Below are positions 49,497 to 59,836 of a stretch of DNA of 64,000 nucleotides, one piece after another. Both the position numbers and the translations under genes were made by a program. Numbering within the stretch: position 1 is the first letter of the stretch; the number at the start of each line of letters is the position of its first letter. Source of the stretch: Promethearchaeota archaeon (GTDB lineage Archaea > Asgardarchaeota > Lokiarchaeia > Sigyniarchaeales > SOKP01); assembly GCA_019894975.1 (NCBI GenBank), contig JAGXNO010000003.1, positions 64,001 to 128,000 on the forward strand, in the 5' to 3' direction. The notes beneath the pieces were generated by a model. It made no database searches and was not told the origin of the DNA. It saw nothing but the letters and a program-made list of their open reading frames with translations.

Positions 49497-50711
49497 TTGG
49501 TAATTTTACAGTTAACTGATTTAAATAAAGGTTCTGTGTTCATTGGAGACAAATTAAATATCAAAACTCAATTCGAATTTGAAGAAGATACTGATATTTT
49601 ATGGAGTGGTATTAGATTAATAACTAATCCACCATGTCTTAAAGAAGTACAAGTCTCAAAAGAAGAAGTTTTCTCAAAAGGACATTTTGAAGCGGGGAAA
49701 TATGTAAGAGAAAAGTCTATTCTTATAAATACTAACGTTGTGCCCACAATTAAAAATAGAGACTTTGAATATCACCTCAAATTAATCTTAAGACAGCCTA
49801 ATCCTCTTAATCCAGAAGATGATCTAGTTATTAACAAAGCTCATGATATTGAAATAAAAGCTAAAGATTCTGGATTCCAAGCAAAAGTTCCAAAACCAAT
49901 TTCATTTTCATTATCAGGATTAAATATTATGTTAAGTAAGGATGTATACAAACCAGGGGAAACAATTAAAATTAACTTTTCCTCAGAAGAGCTCAAAGAA
50001 CTCGAAGTAAGGTTATTACAAGATGCTAATGTTGTATGTCATTGTGAAGCTTATGGCCAGACATGTAGCAAAGTTGATCAGTTACCACCTGCAATTGCAG
50101 GAGATGTTCGAACTACGAATTTAGAAAAGGAATTTCTATTATTAAAGGTTCCTGAAATTGCCGAACCTTCTTATAATTTTATCTATTCTCCATCTGAAAA
50201 AGAACAGTTTGGTTTTAGATATGGAGCATACACACAATGGAGTCTGTTATTTATAGGTAAGAGAAAACCTGAGTTTGGTACAGAAACCATAAAATTTGGT
50301 GTTCCTATATCGATTGCATCCTCGCCATTAGTAATTGAAAAAGTTGCAGTAGATTTATTTACGGGGGGAACTTCTGGAGCATCAAGCTTATTTGATGGGG
50401 TTTCATCTAAGTTCCAAAAAACCTATAAAGTGATTTCAATTGATTCTGATATTGATAAATATAGAATAAAGATTAAAAATATATCAAAAGAGGATCTGAA
50501 AGGAGTTACAATTAAGGTTTTAGGATTACAAGAAGGTTTATTTGAAACCTCACCAAATTTGACTGGTTTTAATGTTTGGAAACAGGGGGAGGAAAAGGAA
50601 ATTATTTATGAAATTAAACAGGATATATCAGCACTTATTTCTATTTTAGAAGATAATAATCAACAGAATATAAGGATCCAATCACCTGTTTCAACCACGA
50701 GCTTTTTCTAA
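49497..50711 (+). CDS. Hypothetical beta-sandwich protein, possibly arrestin-fold
   Basis: Beta-strand periodicity; FEAGKY...VVPTI...FEYHLKL resembles arrestin-N; YKPGETI begins a second sandwich. Confidence 0.4.
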   Translation: MVILQLTDLNKGSVFIGDKLNIKTQFEFEEDTDILWSGIRLITNPPCLKEVQVSKEEVFSKGHFEAGKYVREKSILINTNVVPTIKNRDFEYHLKLILRQPNPLNPEDDLVINKAHDIEIKAKDSGFQAKVPKPISFSLSGLNIMLSKDVYKPGETIKINFSSEELKELEVRLLQDANVVCHCEAYGQTCSKVDQLPPAIAGDVRTTNLEKEFLLLKVPEIAEPSYNFIYSPSEKEQFGFRYGAYTQWSLLFIGKRKPEFGTETIKFGVPISIASSPLVIEKVAVDLFTGGTSGASSLFDGVSSKFQKTYKVISIDSDIDKYRIKIKNISKEDLKGVTIKVLGLQEGLFETSPNLTGFNVWKQGEEKEIIYEIKQDISALISILEDNNQQNIRIQSPVSTTSFF

Positions 50712-50729
50712 TAGCATTCCTAAAGTAGA

Positions 50730-51323
50730 TTAATTGATCGCTGATATCAATTTATGATCATAATATTTGTTCAAAACTAATCGTATAATGTCTTCAAAAC
50801 ATTCTAAAACACCTTCTCCACTTACAGCGATAGTGTATCTTGAGTCTATGTTTTGATATTGGTGAAAATCAATCTGTTTTAAGAATTTTGTGGATGGGAA
50901 TTTATTTGGTAAATCTTGTTTGTTGAAAGCAACTAAAATTGGAAGATCTTTTAAAGCGTCCCCAAAGTAAGATACTAACTCCCTCCATGAGATCATATCT
51001 CGTTCATAAACATCTTCCTGTGAGTCAAGAACAAAAATAATACCATCCACAGCTTTTAATGTGATAGGTCTTGTTATTAGATAGAAATTTTGCCCTGTGG
51101 TGGTATAGAGACTAATTTTAAGAATCCAATCTTGATTTTGAAAAGACATTGTCCCATAATCGAAGAATAGAGTCCGATTAACTGTACTTTCAATGCTAAG
51201 AATTTTATCTTCTTTCCCAAAATGAGCAAATAATGTTTTAATTGAAGTAGTCTTCCCGGATAATGCGGGTCCAAAATACACTATTTTAATGCTTATCGTC
51301 TTCTCAACAGGATCAATAATCAA
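50730..51323 (-). CDS. MglA-like small GTPase
   Basis: KIVYFGPALSGKTT, RTLFFD, LYTTTGQ, DGIIFVLDSQ and NKQDLP motifs. Confidence 0.85.
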   Translation of the reverse strand: MIIDPVEKTISIKIVYFGPALSGKTTSIKTLFAHFGKEDKILSIESTVNRTLFFDYGTMSFQNQDWILKISLYTTTGQNFYLITRPITLKAVDGIIFVLDSQEDVYERDMISWRELVSYFGDALKDLPILVAFNKQDLPNKFPSTKFLKQIDFHQYQNIDSRYTIAVSGEGVLECFEDIIRLVLNKYYDHKLISAIN

Positions 51324-51435
51324 ATTTAGTTCAACTTAAAACAAGTTTAATTTCAAGTTGAACTATAACCTTTTAAAAACCGAGGTTTTTTTATTTAAAT
51401 TTAAATAAAGAAATGGTAGTCCTACATCTTTCTGG

Positions 51436-51828
51436 CTAAAGAGTAGAAAAAATAAGCAAGTTTCCTTTTAACTCACATTTCAATAGATCTCTTAATATTA
51501 AAAGTTCAATGTCTCTTCTTAAAATTGCTTCACTTATGTTTAATTTATTATTTTCTTTTAACTCTTGGTTAAGATCTTTGAATGAAATTGAATTTTTTTT
51601 ACTAGGCATTTTATTTAGATGTGTAAGAATTACTTGCTGTTGATATGCTGACTTACAATTGGAATCAAGTTGGTAAAGTTGATGCGTTAAATTATAATCA
51701 AGGCTATCTTCATTTGTTCTTTCAGCATTTTTCAGAAAATCTAAGACTTGTAATGCTTCTGGGTAATTTTCTTCAACCATTAAATTCCTTACTTGATTTA
51801 ATTTTTCAATAAATTCTTTGGCATTCAT
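51436..51828 (-). CDS. Hypothetical protein with C-terminal winged-helix (PCI-like)
   Basis: Helical N-terminus, then SISFKDLNQEL...IELLILRDLLKCELKG. Confidence 0.45.
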   Translation of the reverse strand: MNAKEFIEKLNQVRNLMVEENYPEALQVLDFLKNAERTNEDSLDYNLTHQLYQLDSNCKSAYQQQVILTHLNKMPSKKNSISFKDLNQELKENNKLNISEAILRRDIELLILRDLLKCELKGNLLIFSTL

Positions 51829-51927
51829 GATAAGTATTGGAAAACTCCTCACTTAATGAATTTTAGATTAATTATGTTTTAAAATTAAAAAAGGGAAAAA
51901 TAAAAGAGAAAATAACTTAAAGGTTCG

Positions 51928-52158
51928 TTAGAAGGGAACACTTATAACTTCTTTAACTTCGGGAATATGAGTTTTTAAGGCTCGTTCAATCCCGAATTTT
52001 ACTGTTTGTTGGCTCATTGGACATCCAGCACAATGACCCATTAAGCGAACTTTAACCGTTCCATCTTCCTCGACTGAGACTAGCTCAACATCGCCACCAT
52101 CCATTTGGAGCTGGGGTCGAATCTTTTCAATGATTACCTTGACTTTTTCTTCATCCAT
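51928..52158 (-). CDS. NifU/Nfu-type Fe-S cluster scaffold
   Basis: IRPQLQMDGGDVEL and GHCAGCPMS motifs. Confidence 0.92.
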   Translation of the reverse strand: MDEEKVKVIIEKIRPQLQMDGGDVELVSVEEDGTVKVRLMGHCAGCPMSQQTVKFGIERALKTHIPEVKEVISVPF

Positions 52159-52410
52159 TATATCTTCACTCGTTTAAATTATATTATATTCTTTAATTAA
52201 ATAAAGACGAATTATCTTTTAAAGGGTTGTTTTTATAAATTATTAAATTTTTACGAATATCTCCTAAGTAGATATCAATTAAAATCAAAAATAGTTATGT
52301 ATCTATTAATTAAGGAAATTTTCGAGATAATTCTTAGAATTCTTAGAAAAGTTAATTATCTGTCATTAATTATTTAGATTATATTTAACAATTGAAGTTT
52401 TGTAAAAATT

Positions 52411-53658
52411 ATGAGTGATACAGAAATCGAAGAAAGTAATAAACAAGAAGATTTGAAAAAGAGACAACCAAGAAGGAAACAAGTTAAAAAAACCCAAGGT
52501 CAAATGATTCAAGAGTCTTTGGGATTAAATCCTGTTGATATACAGGAGATTGAAAAAAAGCTTTTTATCGTTCGTTTTCTTGATTTCTTTTCTGAAGATA
52601 CGTTAGAATTTATATTCAAGGAACGGATTATGGGACAAAATATTGAACGTTTAACAACATATCTGAGCGCTCTGCAGGTTGAAAGAGAAGAAGAAAAATT
52701 ATTAAAACAATCTTTTGATTCAAAAAATATAATTGGTATAATAGAAACCGTAAAAAATAAAGCAGAAACCTTTTCCGTTGATAAAGGAATCAAAAATAAC
52801 GTAAACAAGCGGTTAAGGAAATTAACGTTATACATTACCATACCAATATTTGTATTACTAACAGTATTTACGATATTCCCATTTTTCTCCAGTCTTTATT
52901 TTGTCTTTTTTCCGATCTTATGTGTTGTGTGTTTATTACCTCAATTAATAAGAGGAAAGGTTGTAAAAAAATGGTTTCAATTCAAGGAACAAAATAAGAA
53001 TGAGATCTACACAGAGAATAGAAATGATATTATGGTTCTAAAGAGCTTTGCAGGAGAATTATTAAACAATATAAGGTCTCGACTTTTAGAATTAGAGGTT
53101 CCTCTTCAATTAATCAAATTTACACTCTTTAGTAGGGATTATGAAAATTTGAAATTAGAAAGCCAGAAAAGCATACGAGGATTTATGCAGTATTTTTTTA
53201 CCTTTGAATATCCTCCCGGAATGGATCCTACTCCCATACCTGAGAAACTACAGCAATATCACCAACCAATTGCTACGACGAGAAAAGGTGAAAAACCTGA
53301 AAAAAATTTCATAATACTATCAGAAATGAGAGGGAGTAATGGTATTATAGACCATTTCGTTCCAACTTTAAAAGATGCTCAAGCAGAAAAAATAAATGAG
53401 TTTTTAAATGAATGTGAGTTTGTAAAAGCTCCAAATGATTTTAAAACGATTATCCCCAATTATGGAGACTCACTCGCAATATATTGTGTTTGTGGTGAAA
53501 TTGCTGAAATTGATAATGTTCAGATTTGTAATTGGAAAAATCAGTTTAAATTTTATCTGTTTGAAACAAAAGAATGTAAATGCGAAGAATCTGTTTATGC
53601 GCTTTCTTTAATGGATGATTCTATAGACGTTCCTGAACAATTTAAAGATATTTTTTAA
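52411..53658 (+). CDS. Hypothetical two-TM membrane protein with C-terminal Cys cluster
   Basis: Two central TM segments; C-terminal CVCG...CKCE. Confidence 0.55.
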   Translation: MSDTEIEESNKQEDLKKRQPRRKQVKKTQGQMIQESLGLNPVDIQEIEKKLFIVRFLDFFSEDTLEFIFKERIMGQNIERLTTYLSALQVEREEEKLLKQSFDSKNIIGIIETVKNKAETFSVDKGIKNNVNKRLRKLTLYITIPIFVLLTVFTIFPFFSSLYFVFFPILCVVCLLPQLIRGKVVKKWFQFKEQNKNEIYTENRNDIMVLKSFAGELLNNIRSRLLELEVPLQLIKFTLFSRDYENLKLESQKSIRGFMQYFFTFEYPPGMDPTPIPEKLQQYHQPIATTRKGEKPEKNFIILSEMRGSNGIIDHFVPTLKDAQAEKINEFLNECEFVKAPNDFKTIIPNYGDSLAIYCVCGEIAEIDNVQICNWKNQFKFYLFETKECKCEESVYALSLMDDSIDVPEQFKDIF

Positions 53659-53667
53659 GATTTATTT

Positions 53668-55017
53668 TTATTTTCTCTTTCTTTTTGAATGCCAGTCATA
53701 AAGGAGTCTAAATCCTCTAACCGCCCGTTCAACTTCATTTTCAAATACAGGAATTCTTAATTCAGAGGCAGTTTTTACTACTCTTTTTGCACCTTCATGT
53801 TCAGCTTGGATTAATATGGTAATTATTGGTTTTTCGGGATTTGATTTTTTTATATTACTAAAAATATTGAAATCAAATTCAATTTCGGTGAAAAACTCTA
53901 AAGCTAAAATTAAACCACCTACAGCATCATCATTTAATAAAGTTTTAGAAGAAGTGTTATAAATTTCGCAAATCTTTGTACCAACAAATCTATCAGGGGG
54001 CCAATAATCGACAGGATTCCCTAAATCACAAGTAGAACCACCTACCTTCTCGAGTATTATATTTTTGTGATCGTTAGTTAATACCGCTAAAGATAGTTCC
54101 TGCTTCCGCATTTCTTTTATAATAAGATATATTGCTCCTGAGCTTGGACCTATAATCCCTAAATCTGGATTTTTAGGTTCTGGACACCACAGAAAAATCT
54201 TGGCAAACTCAAATAATTCAATATAGTTAACCACTGCAATACCCCCTGCCTTTATTAATTCTTCTTCCTTTTCATCTTCTTTTCCAACGTAGAAAAATAA
54301 CACGGGTTTAATCGGGGATAAATTTTGTACAGATTTAACTATTCTCTCTGTAATTTCTCTAAGAAAAAGTAAGATAACTCTGGTGGTCTTATCTTCTTTG
54401 AAGTAATTTAAGACATCTGCATCATCAACATCAAATCCATACCCCAAATGAATGACTTTAGAAATAGGTAAATCTTGAGGAGGATTCCACCACCCCATTG
54501 CCCCTGCTAACCCTCCAGATTGCGCTATGAAACTGATACCTTCTTTTACCTTCCTATGTTTCTGCATAAGATACTGCCTTACAGGGATTATTGATGTTGT
54601 AAAGTTATTTATAAAATTAATGATTCCAAGCATAGAAGGACCCATGTATGAAACATCATACTTCCTGCTAATTCTTGTTAAGTTTTCTATTAGTTCTGGA
54701 TCACTTGTGTCTATTCTTAATTCAGATTCAATCGCAATATTTTTAATACCAATCTTTGCTAACTTCTCAAATATATGGGATATATCTTTACCTAATACAA
54801 TAACCGCTAACTCTGGGATCTCCGGTAATTCTTCTAATGAATGATAAGATTTCACACCTAAAATTTCATCTGCATTTGGGTTTAAGATGAATACTTTTCC
54901 TCGATAAACTATCTCTAAAAGATTTTTTAGAATAGTATAACTGAAAGTATAGGCCTTTCTTGAAGCACCAACAATTAGAATGCTTTTAGGATTAAAAAAA
55001 GGTTCAAGATTTTTCAA
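53668..55017 (-). CDS. ADP-forming acyl-CoA synthetase alpha-subunit-like CoA-binding protein (phospho-His loop missing)
   Basis: FFNPKSILIVGAS, GPSMLG, AQSGG and NPVD motifs; no SHTG motif. Confidence 0.75.
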   Translation of the reverse strand: MKNLEPFFNPKSILIVGASRKAYTFSYTILKNLLEIVYRGKVFILNPNADEILGVKSYHSLEELPEIPELAVIVLGKDISHIFEKLAKIGIKNIAIESELRIDTSDPELIENLTRISRKYDVSYMGPSMLGIINFINNFTTSIIPVRQYLMQKHRKVKEGISFIAQSGGLAGAMGWWNPPQDLPISKVIHLGYGFDVDDADVLNYFKEDKTTRVILLFLREITERIVKSVQNLSPIKPVLFFYVGKEDEKEEELIKAGGIAVVNYIELFEFAKIFLWCPEPKNPDLGIIGPSSGAIYLIIKEMRKQELSLAVLTNDHKNIILEKVGGSTCDLGNPVDYWPPDRFVGTKICEIYNTSSKTLLNDDAVGGLILALEFFTEIEFDFNIFSNIKKSNPEKPIITILIQAEHEGAKRVVKTASELRIPVFENEVERAVRGFRLLYDWHSKRKRK

Positions 55018-55184
55018 GGTTCAACAATTAAATGGTTTTAAAATCAATTAATTTAAAGAATATACACGAACTATTATATTTTACAATTTAACCAGCCTTT
55101 CAAAATAATAAATTTGCTTAAACAATCAGAAAATTCGAATAAAAAAGAGTAGAATCTATTAACTTAATTTTATAGCTAATTCTA

Positions 55185-55817
55185 TTAGACTTTAGCAAAT
55201 TCTATTTCATAAAGAGGTATTTCTCTTCGATTCTTAGCATCGTAAAGAGGTAATCCTGATCGTTTCAAAAGTTCTGGTGTTTTATATCTAAGGATAACAA
55301 TCTGACAGGGACTTGACACCTTCATAGAAGCAATCCGAAGACGATCTCTTACGACTGCAAGGTTTCTTAGATGAGTTCCTACATCAACAATTATCTGTCC
55401 AGCTCTAACTCGCGCGGCTACCCCCATTGATCGTCCAAATGAATTTCTCATTCCTGACTGAACTCTGTCTGCTCCTGCAAAGGCTAACATCCGGTTTTCT
55501 CGAATTTTCTGAAAAGGTTTTGGTCGAATTCTCAAACGGAAGTTTTGTCTTCCTAATTTACGTTGAAGAACCCCATTGATGGTAATTCTAATTGCTTCCA
55601 GTGAATTAGAAGATATTTGAATCTGTCTGTTAACTTTAAGACCTACTACAAGTTCCCAATCTTTCCAATCCTGCTCCTTATTCCCCCCCCAAAAGCGAAC
55701 AATCTTAGATTGGGAACCTCCACGAGCATATTCACGCCGATGATTTGCTGATCTTTTATGTTGGTACGGTCTCCTCGTCCATTTACTATAACAGTGCCAT
55801 GGTCTTTTATTTGCCAC
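55185..55817 (-). CDS. rpl10e: 50S ribosomal protein uL16 (L10e)
   Basis: RPWHCY, SLEAIRI, IRENRMLAFAGADRVQSGMRNSFG, AARV; GTG start after GGTGA SD. Confidence 0.95.
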   Translation of the reverse strand: MANKRPWHCYSKWTRRPYQHKRSANHRREYARGGSQSKIVRFWGGNKEQDWKDWELVVGLKVNRQIQISSNSLEAIRITINGVLQRKLGRQNFRLRIRPKPFQKIRENRMLAFAGADRVQSGMRNSFGRSMGVAARVRAGQIIVDVGTHLRNLAVVRDRLRIASMKVSSPCQIVILRYKTPELLKRSGLPLYDAKNRREIPLYEIEFAKV

Positions 55818-56091
55818 CTAATCACCTATCTGGTTAATTCTCTTTAAGTTTAATAGAAAATAATTAGCTTAGTTAAATTAAGTATTTATCGTTATTTATC
55901 AAAAATAATTTAATTCTAATAAGTTTTTTGAATCTTACAGATGTTTAAAGAAGCATTATGCTTTTTAACAATAATTGGATTGAAATTTGAACTTATATAA
56001 GATTAACATATTATATAAAAATCTTGTAGGATACTAGGTTTTTGTAAGTCTAGATTTGGATTTAATCTATCATTTTATTTATATTATAATT

Positions 56092-57231
56092 ATGATTAGT
56101 ATTGACACCGCTTTCAAACAAAAAACAAAATTACTATGCAGTGGGCTATATCTGAATGAGACCTTAATCGATCATTGTAAAACTCAAGGAATTCAGATTG
56201 ATTATGGTAGGAAAGGAGGAGCAGGTCCTTCTGGAGGAAGATATTTCCTATTAGAAGATGGACTTACATTAGTAAACGTTGCACTCTGGAATAATCCGAA
56301 CACCACTGATTTGTTTTTAAAAGAAAACAGGAATGGATATTTCGAAGTTTATAATGAGGGGAGTAATCAGTTATTTGGGAAACTAAAGCTTATCCAAAAT
56401 CCTCTTTTTTATAATCCAAAATATCTTACGTCCGATGGAATTCCAATGAAAAAAATTGCTTTAGTACATGGAGTTGATTGCCTTTCTAGTACAATTTATC
56501 AAAAATGTGTCTACTGGGCGTGTGGAGAAGCGTGTTCCTTCTGCGGAATTGAAGTAAGCTTACAAAATGATGCAACACTCGAAGAAAAAAATGCTAAGCA
56601 GATGTCAGAAGTTATCACTGCAGCTAAAAAAGAGGGACGATGCAATCACATGACTTTAACAAGTGGTACAGATGAATCTAAAGATAAGGGGGCAAAAAGA
56701 TATATTGAAATATTACAAGGAATAAAGAAGAACTATAATGATCTCCCATTACATGTTCAGATTGAAGCTTTAGAAGATTTAGAATATATTAACAAATTAA
56801 AAGAAGCAGGAGCAGATACTATTGGAATTCACATTGAAGTTCTTAATGAGCAATTGAGAAGAGACATTACACCGGGAAAATTTCATCTTTCTTATCAACT
56901 TTTTGAAGAAAATTGGAAACATGCTATTGAAGTGTTTGGTCAAAATCAAGTGAGTAGCTATGTTTTGACTGGATTAGGGGAAAAAAAAGCTGATTTTCTT
57001 AAAGATGTAGAAAAACTTGTTTCAGTGGGAGTCATTCCATATATAACACCAGTTAGATCTATCCCCGGAAAACATAATTTACCTTTAACGGATTATAATG
57101 TATTGTTGGAGGTATATCAAAGAACTGGTGAATTGATGAAGGAGTATGGGCTTAATCCATTAAAAAACAAAGCAGGATGTGTTCGTTGTGGGGGTTGCTC
57201 AGCTATCAAAGAAGCATATAGAGTAGCTTAA
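56092..57231 (+). CDS. Radical SAM protein, MSMEG_0568-like
   Basis: GRKGGAGPSG, STIYQKCVYWACGEACSFCGI (CxxxxxxxxCxxC variant), TPGK, C-terminal AGCVRCGGCS. Confidence 0.8.
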   Translation: MISIDTAFKQKTKLLCSGLYLNETLIDHCKTQGIQIDYGRKGGAGPSGGRYFLLEDGLTLVNVALWNNPNTTDLFLKENRNGYFEVYNEGSNQLFGKLKLIQNPLFYNPKYLTSDGIPMKKIALVHGVDCLSSTIYQKCVYWACGEACSFCGIEVSLQNDATLEEKNAKQMSEVITAAKKEGRCNHMTLTSGTDESKDKGAKRYIEILQGIKKNYNDLPLHVQIEALEDLEYINKLKEAGADTIGIHIEVLNEQLRRDITPGKFHLSYQLFEENWKHAIEVFGQNQVSSYVLTGLGEKKADFLKDVEKLVSVGVIPYITPVRSIPGKHNLPLTDYNVLLEVYQRTGELMKEYGLNPLKNKAGCVRCGGCSAIKEAYRVA

Positions 57232-57479
57232 ATTTTAAAGAGGCTATGAAAATAATACCTTTTACTAGCTTTTGTAAATTATTTTCACTTATTTATTTAT
57301 GAATTTTATAAATTATGTAATTTACAATTGGATGATTATTAATTTAAACCATTCAATGATTAAGAATATACCTAATGAAGATTTTAATCCCCAATAACAA
57401 TAAATTTAAATATTTTTTATAATCTATTTTCAAATATATTGAAATAAGTAATATATACTACAACGGTTTGTGAGTTTAA

Positions 57480-58412
57480 ATGATAGAATTGATGTTTAAA
57501 ATTGGATCCCCATTAGTTTTATTGATACTTCTTATAATTATTCTAATTAGCGGAAGGTCAAATAGAAGAGCAGAACAAGAATTCATGTCTAGTGATGATT
57601 TTATAAAAGATTGGCTAAAAGATCACGGGCAAGCTCGTAAGGTGGAAGAACAATTAGCTAAAATGAAGAAGGATCCCGCAGGTCGAGTATATATGCCATT
57701 AACTTATAAAGGTGCAAAAATCTTTATAAAATGGGGTTTAAGCCCCAATAAAGTATCTATTATGAATTTGTTATTTTCATTCTTGATATTTTATGGTGTG
57801 GTATTAGTGGGCCAAGGACATACGCTAGACATTCTTACTCAACAACCAATCTATGGATTCTGGCTTGTTCCTCTTGCCTTATTAGTTTTATTTACGGGAT
57901 TGATCGATGGAATTGATGGTGCTATAGCAAGATTACTAGATACAAAGTCTAAAAGTGGAGCGTGGTTCGATAATATAATAGATAGAGTTAGTGATACATT
58001 AATGTTGGTATGTTTAATTCCAACTAACCTTTCAATCTTATCTGGCAGTGGGTACGATTTCAAATGGGTGATTTGGACGAACATATTTATAATCTTCCTC
58101 TATGAATATATGAGAGCTAGACATGAGGGTTTAGGTTTACATGAAACCAAGCCATTTGTTGGGGAAAGAGTAACAAGAATATCAATAATCTGTACATTTT
58201 TTGCAATTTATGGGGTTTCAAGCCTTGCAGTACTCATTACAAATTTAATTAATCCCGATACCGCGTCAATCTGGGAATCTTCCCATACAGGAATAACTAC
58301 ATGGTGTATGTTCATTTTTCAAATCACTTTGTTACTTATTATGCTATATTCCGTAATAGGATTTGGAAAATATATCTGGAAAAACCTAAAAAAAATGGAT
58401 AACGAAAACTAG
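57480..58412 (+). CDS. CDP-alcohol phosphatidyltransferase family
   Basis: SPNKVS and DGIDGAIAR...SKSGAWFDNIIDRVSD signature. Confidence 0.92.
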   Translation: MIELMFKIGSPLVLLILLIIILISGRSNRRAEQEFMSSDDFIKDWLKDHGQARKVEEQLAKMKKDPAGRVYMPLTYKGAKIFIKWGLSPNKVSIMNLLFSFLIFYGVVLVGQGHTLDILTQQPIYGFWLVPLALLVLFTGLIDGIDGAIARLLDTKSKSGAWFDNIIDRVSDTLMLVCLIPTNLSILSGSGYDFKWVIWTNIFIIFLYEYMRARHEGLGLHETKPFVGERVTRISIICTFFAIYGVSSLAVLITNLINPDTASIWESSHTGITTWCMFIFQITLLLIMLYSVIGFGKYIWKNLKKMDNEN

Positions 58413-58428
58413 ATATGAGATATAAATA

Positions 58429-59781
58429 ATGAAATTATCAAAACTTCTATTATATGGATCTATATGTGTAGTATTTTTTGTTCTCTTACACATGTATCTC
58501 CCACCAATTTTTTCATCAGGTGTGAAAAGAGCTATTGATCGATTTATTCTTGATCCCTTAACTAATTGGTTATTTGTATTTCCCCTATTCGGCTTAATAA
58601 TGTTACTAGGATTTGTAATTTATTATATGATTCATTTCTTAGCATCTTTTGGGAGAGGATATAAAGTTAAGAACGAATATAACGCGAAGGTTAGTATATT
58701 AATCGCATCTAAAAATGAAAAGATACTATTGGAAAGAACATTAAATTCTATCCTTAAATCAACTTATCCAAAGGAGAATATCCAGATAATCATAATAACA
58801 AGCGGATCAACAGATGATACAACAGAATTTTCAAAAAACTTTGCTAAAGAAAATAATATGATAGATATCGAGGTTTTATCGGAAAATCTTCCTAAAATGG
58901 GAAAGCCTCCAGCCTTAAATTATGGATTAAAATATGTAAAAAATGATATCGTTGTACTCTATGATTCTGGATGCATTTTAGAGCCAAAAGCTCTTAGTAA
59001 TTTGATAGCACCATTTCAAGATGACAAGATTAAGGCAGTCATTGGACCCGTTTTGGTAGAAAATTGGAAGATAAACAAATTAACTCGAGGGATTTATCTT
59101 GATTACGCTATGATTTCTGGTGGAGGTATCTCATTCGAGATTAAAAATCGGTTAGGATCGTCTGCTTATGCATTTGGGAGAAATTTTGCAGTAACTACTA
59201 AGCAACTTCTAAAATATGGAGGTTTTAATGAAGATTCAATGACAGAGGATCTTTATCTTTCGGTATTACTAAATTTAGATGGGATTAACATATTTTTTTC
59301 ACCAAAAGCAAGAGTTTTTGAATATGTGCCCACTAAATGGAAAATATTAGTAAAGCAACGTACGCGATGGCTTGCAGGATATGTTTTTGATATGCCACAA
59401 TTAATGTCTATGAAAGGCGAAGAAAAAAGCGGAAAATCAATTATTATCTCAAGAAATATGACAATGATGCTTATTGGAAATTTAGATACGTGGATCCCTA
59501 TTGTAATAGGATTTGCAATATTACAATTTCTAACTGGAGAGTGGTATTTATTAACTTGGACCCTCTCCTGTTTAATCTTTCAATTTGGGTTCTTATTTAA
59601 TGCTGTGCGTAAATATGGTGATGGTCATTATAGTATTTTGTTCTTTTTTCTCGTTAGCGCATTTATCCATCTTTATATGTTTTTACGACAGTTCCGACTT
59701 CCAAAGGAGATCAGTTGGGAAAAAACTCCCATGATTTTAGAAAAACAAGAAGATGAAATTAAAGCTCTATCAGGTAAATAA
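58429..59781 (+). CDS. Membrane GT2 glycosyltransferase (processive type)
   Basis: GSTD, GKPPALN, YDS, TED and QRTRW (QxxRW) motifs; flanking TM segments. Confidence 0.9.
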   Translation: MKLSKLLLYGSICVVFFVLLHMYLPPIFSSGVKRAIDRFILDPLTNWLFVFPLFGLIMLLGFVIYYMIHFLASFGRGYKVKNEYNAKVSILIASKNEKILLERTLNSILKSTYPKENIQIIIITSGSTDDTTEFSKNFAKENNMIDIEVLSENLPKMGKPPALNYGLKYVKNDIVVLYDSGCILEPKALSNLIAPFQDDKIKAVIGPVLVENWKINKLTRGIYLDYAMISGGGISFEIKNRLGSSAYAFGRNFAVTTKQLLKYGGFNEDSMTEDLYLSVLLNLDGINIFFSPKARVFEYVPTKWKILVKQRTRWLAGYVFDMPQLMSMKGEEKSGKSIIISRNMTMMLIGNLDTWIPIVIGFAILQFLTGEWYLLTWTLSCLIFQFGFLFNAVRKYGDGHYSILFFFLVSAFIHLYMFLRQFRLPKEISWEKTPMILEKQEDEIKALSGK

Positions 59782-59836
59782 TCTTTTTATTTTTTTATTG
59801 TTTTATTATTTCTAAAAATAATCTTTATTTGTTAAA

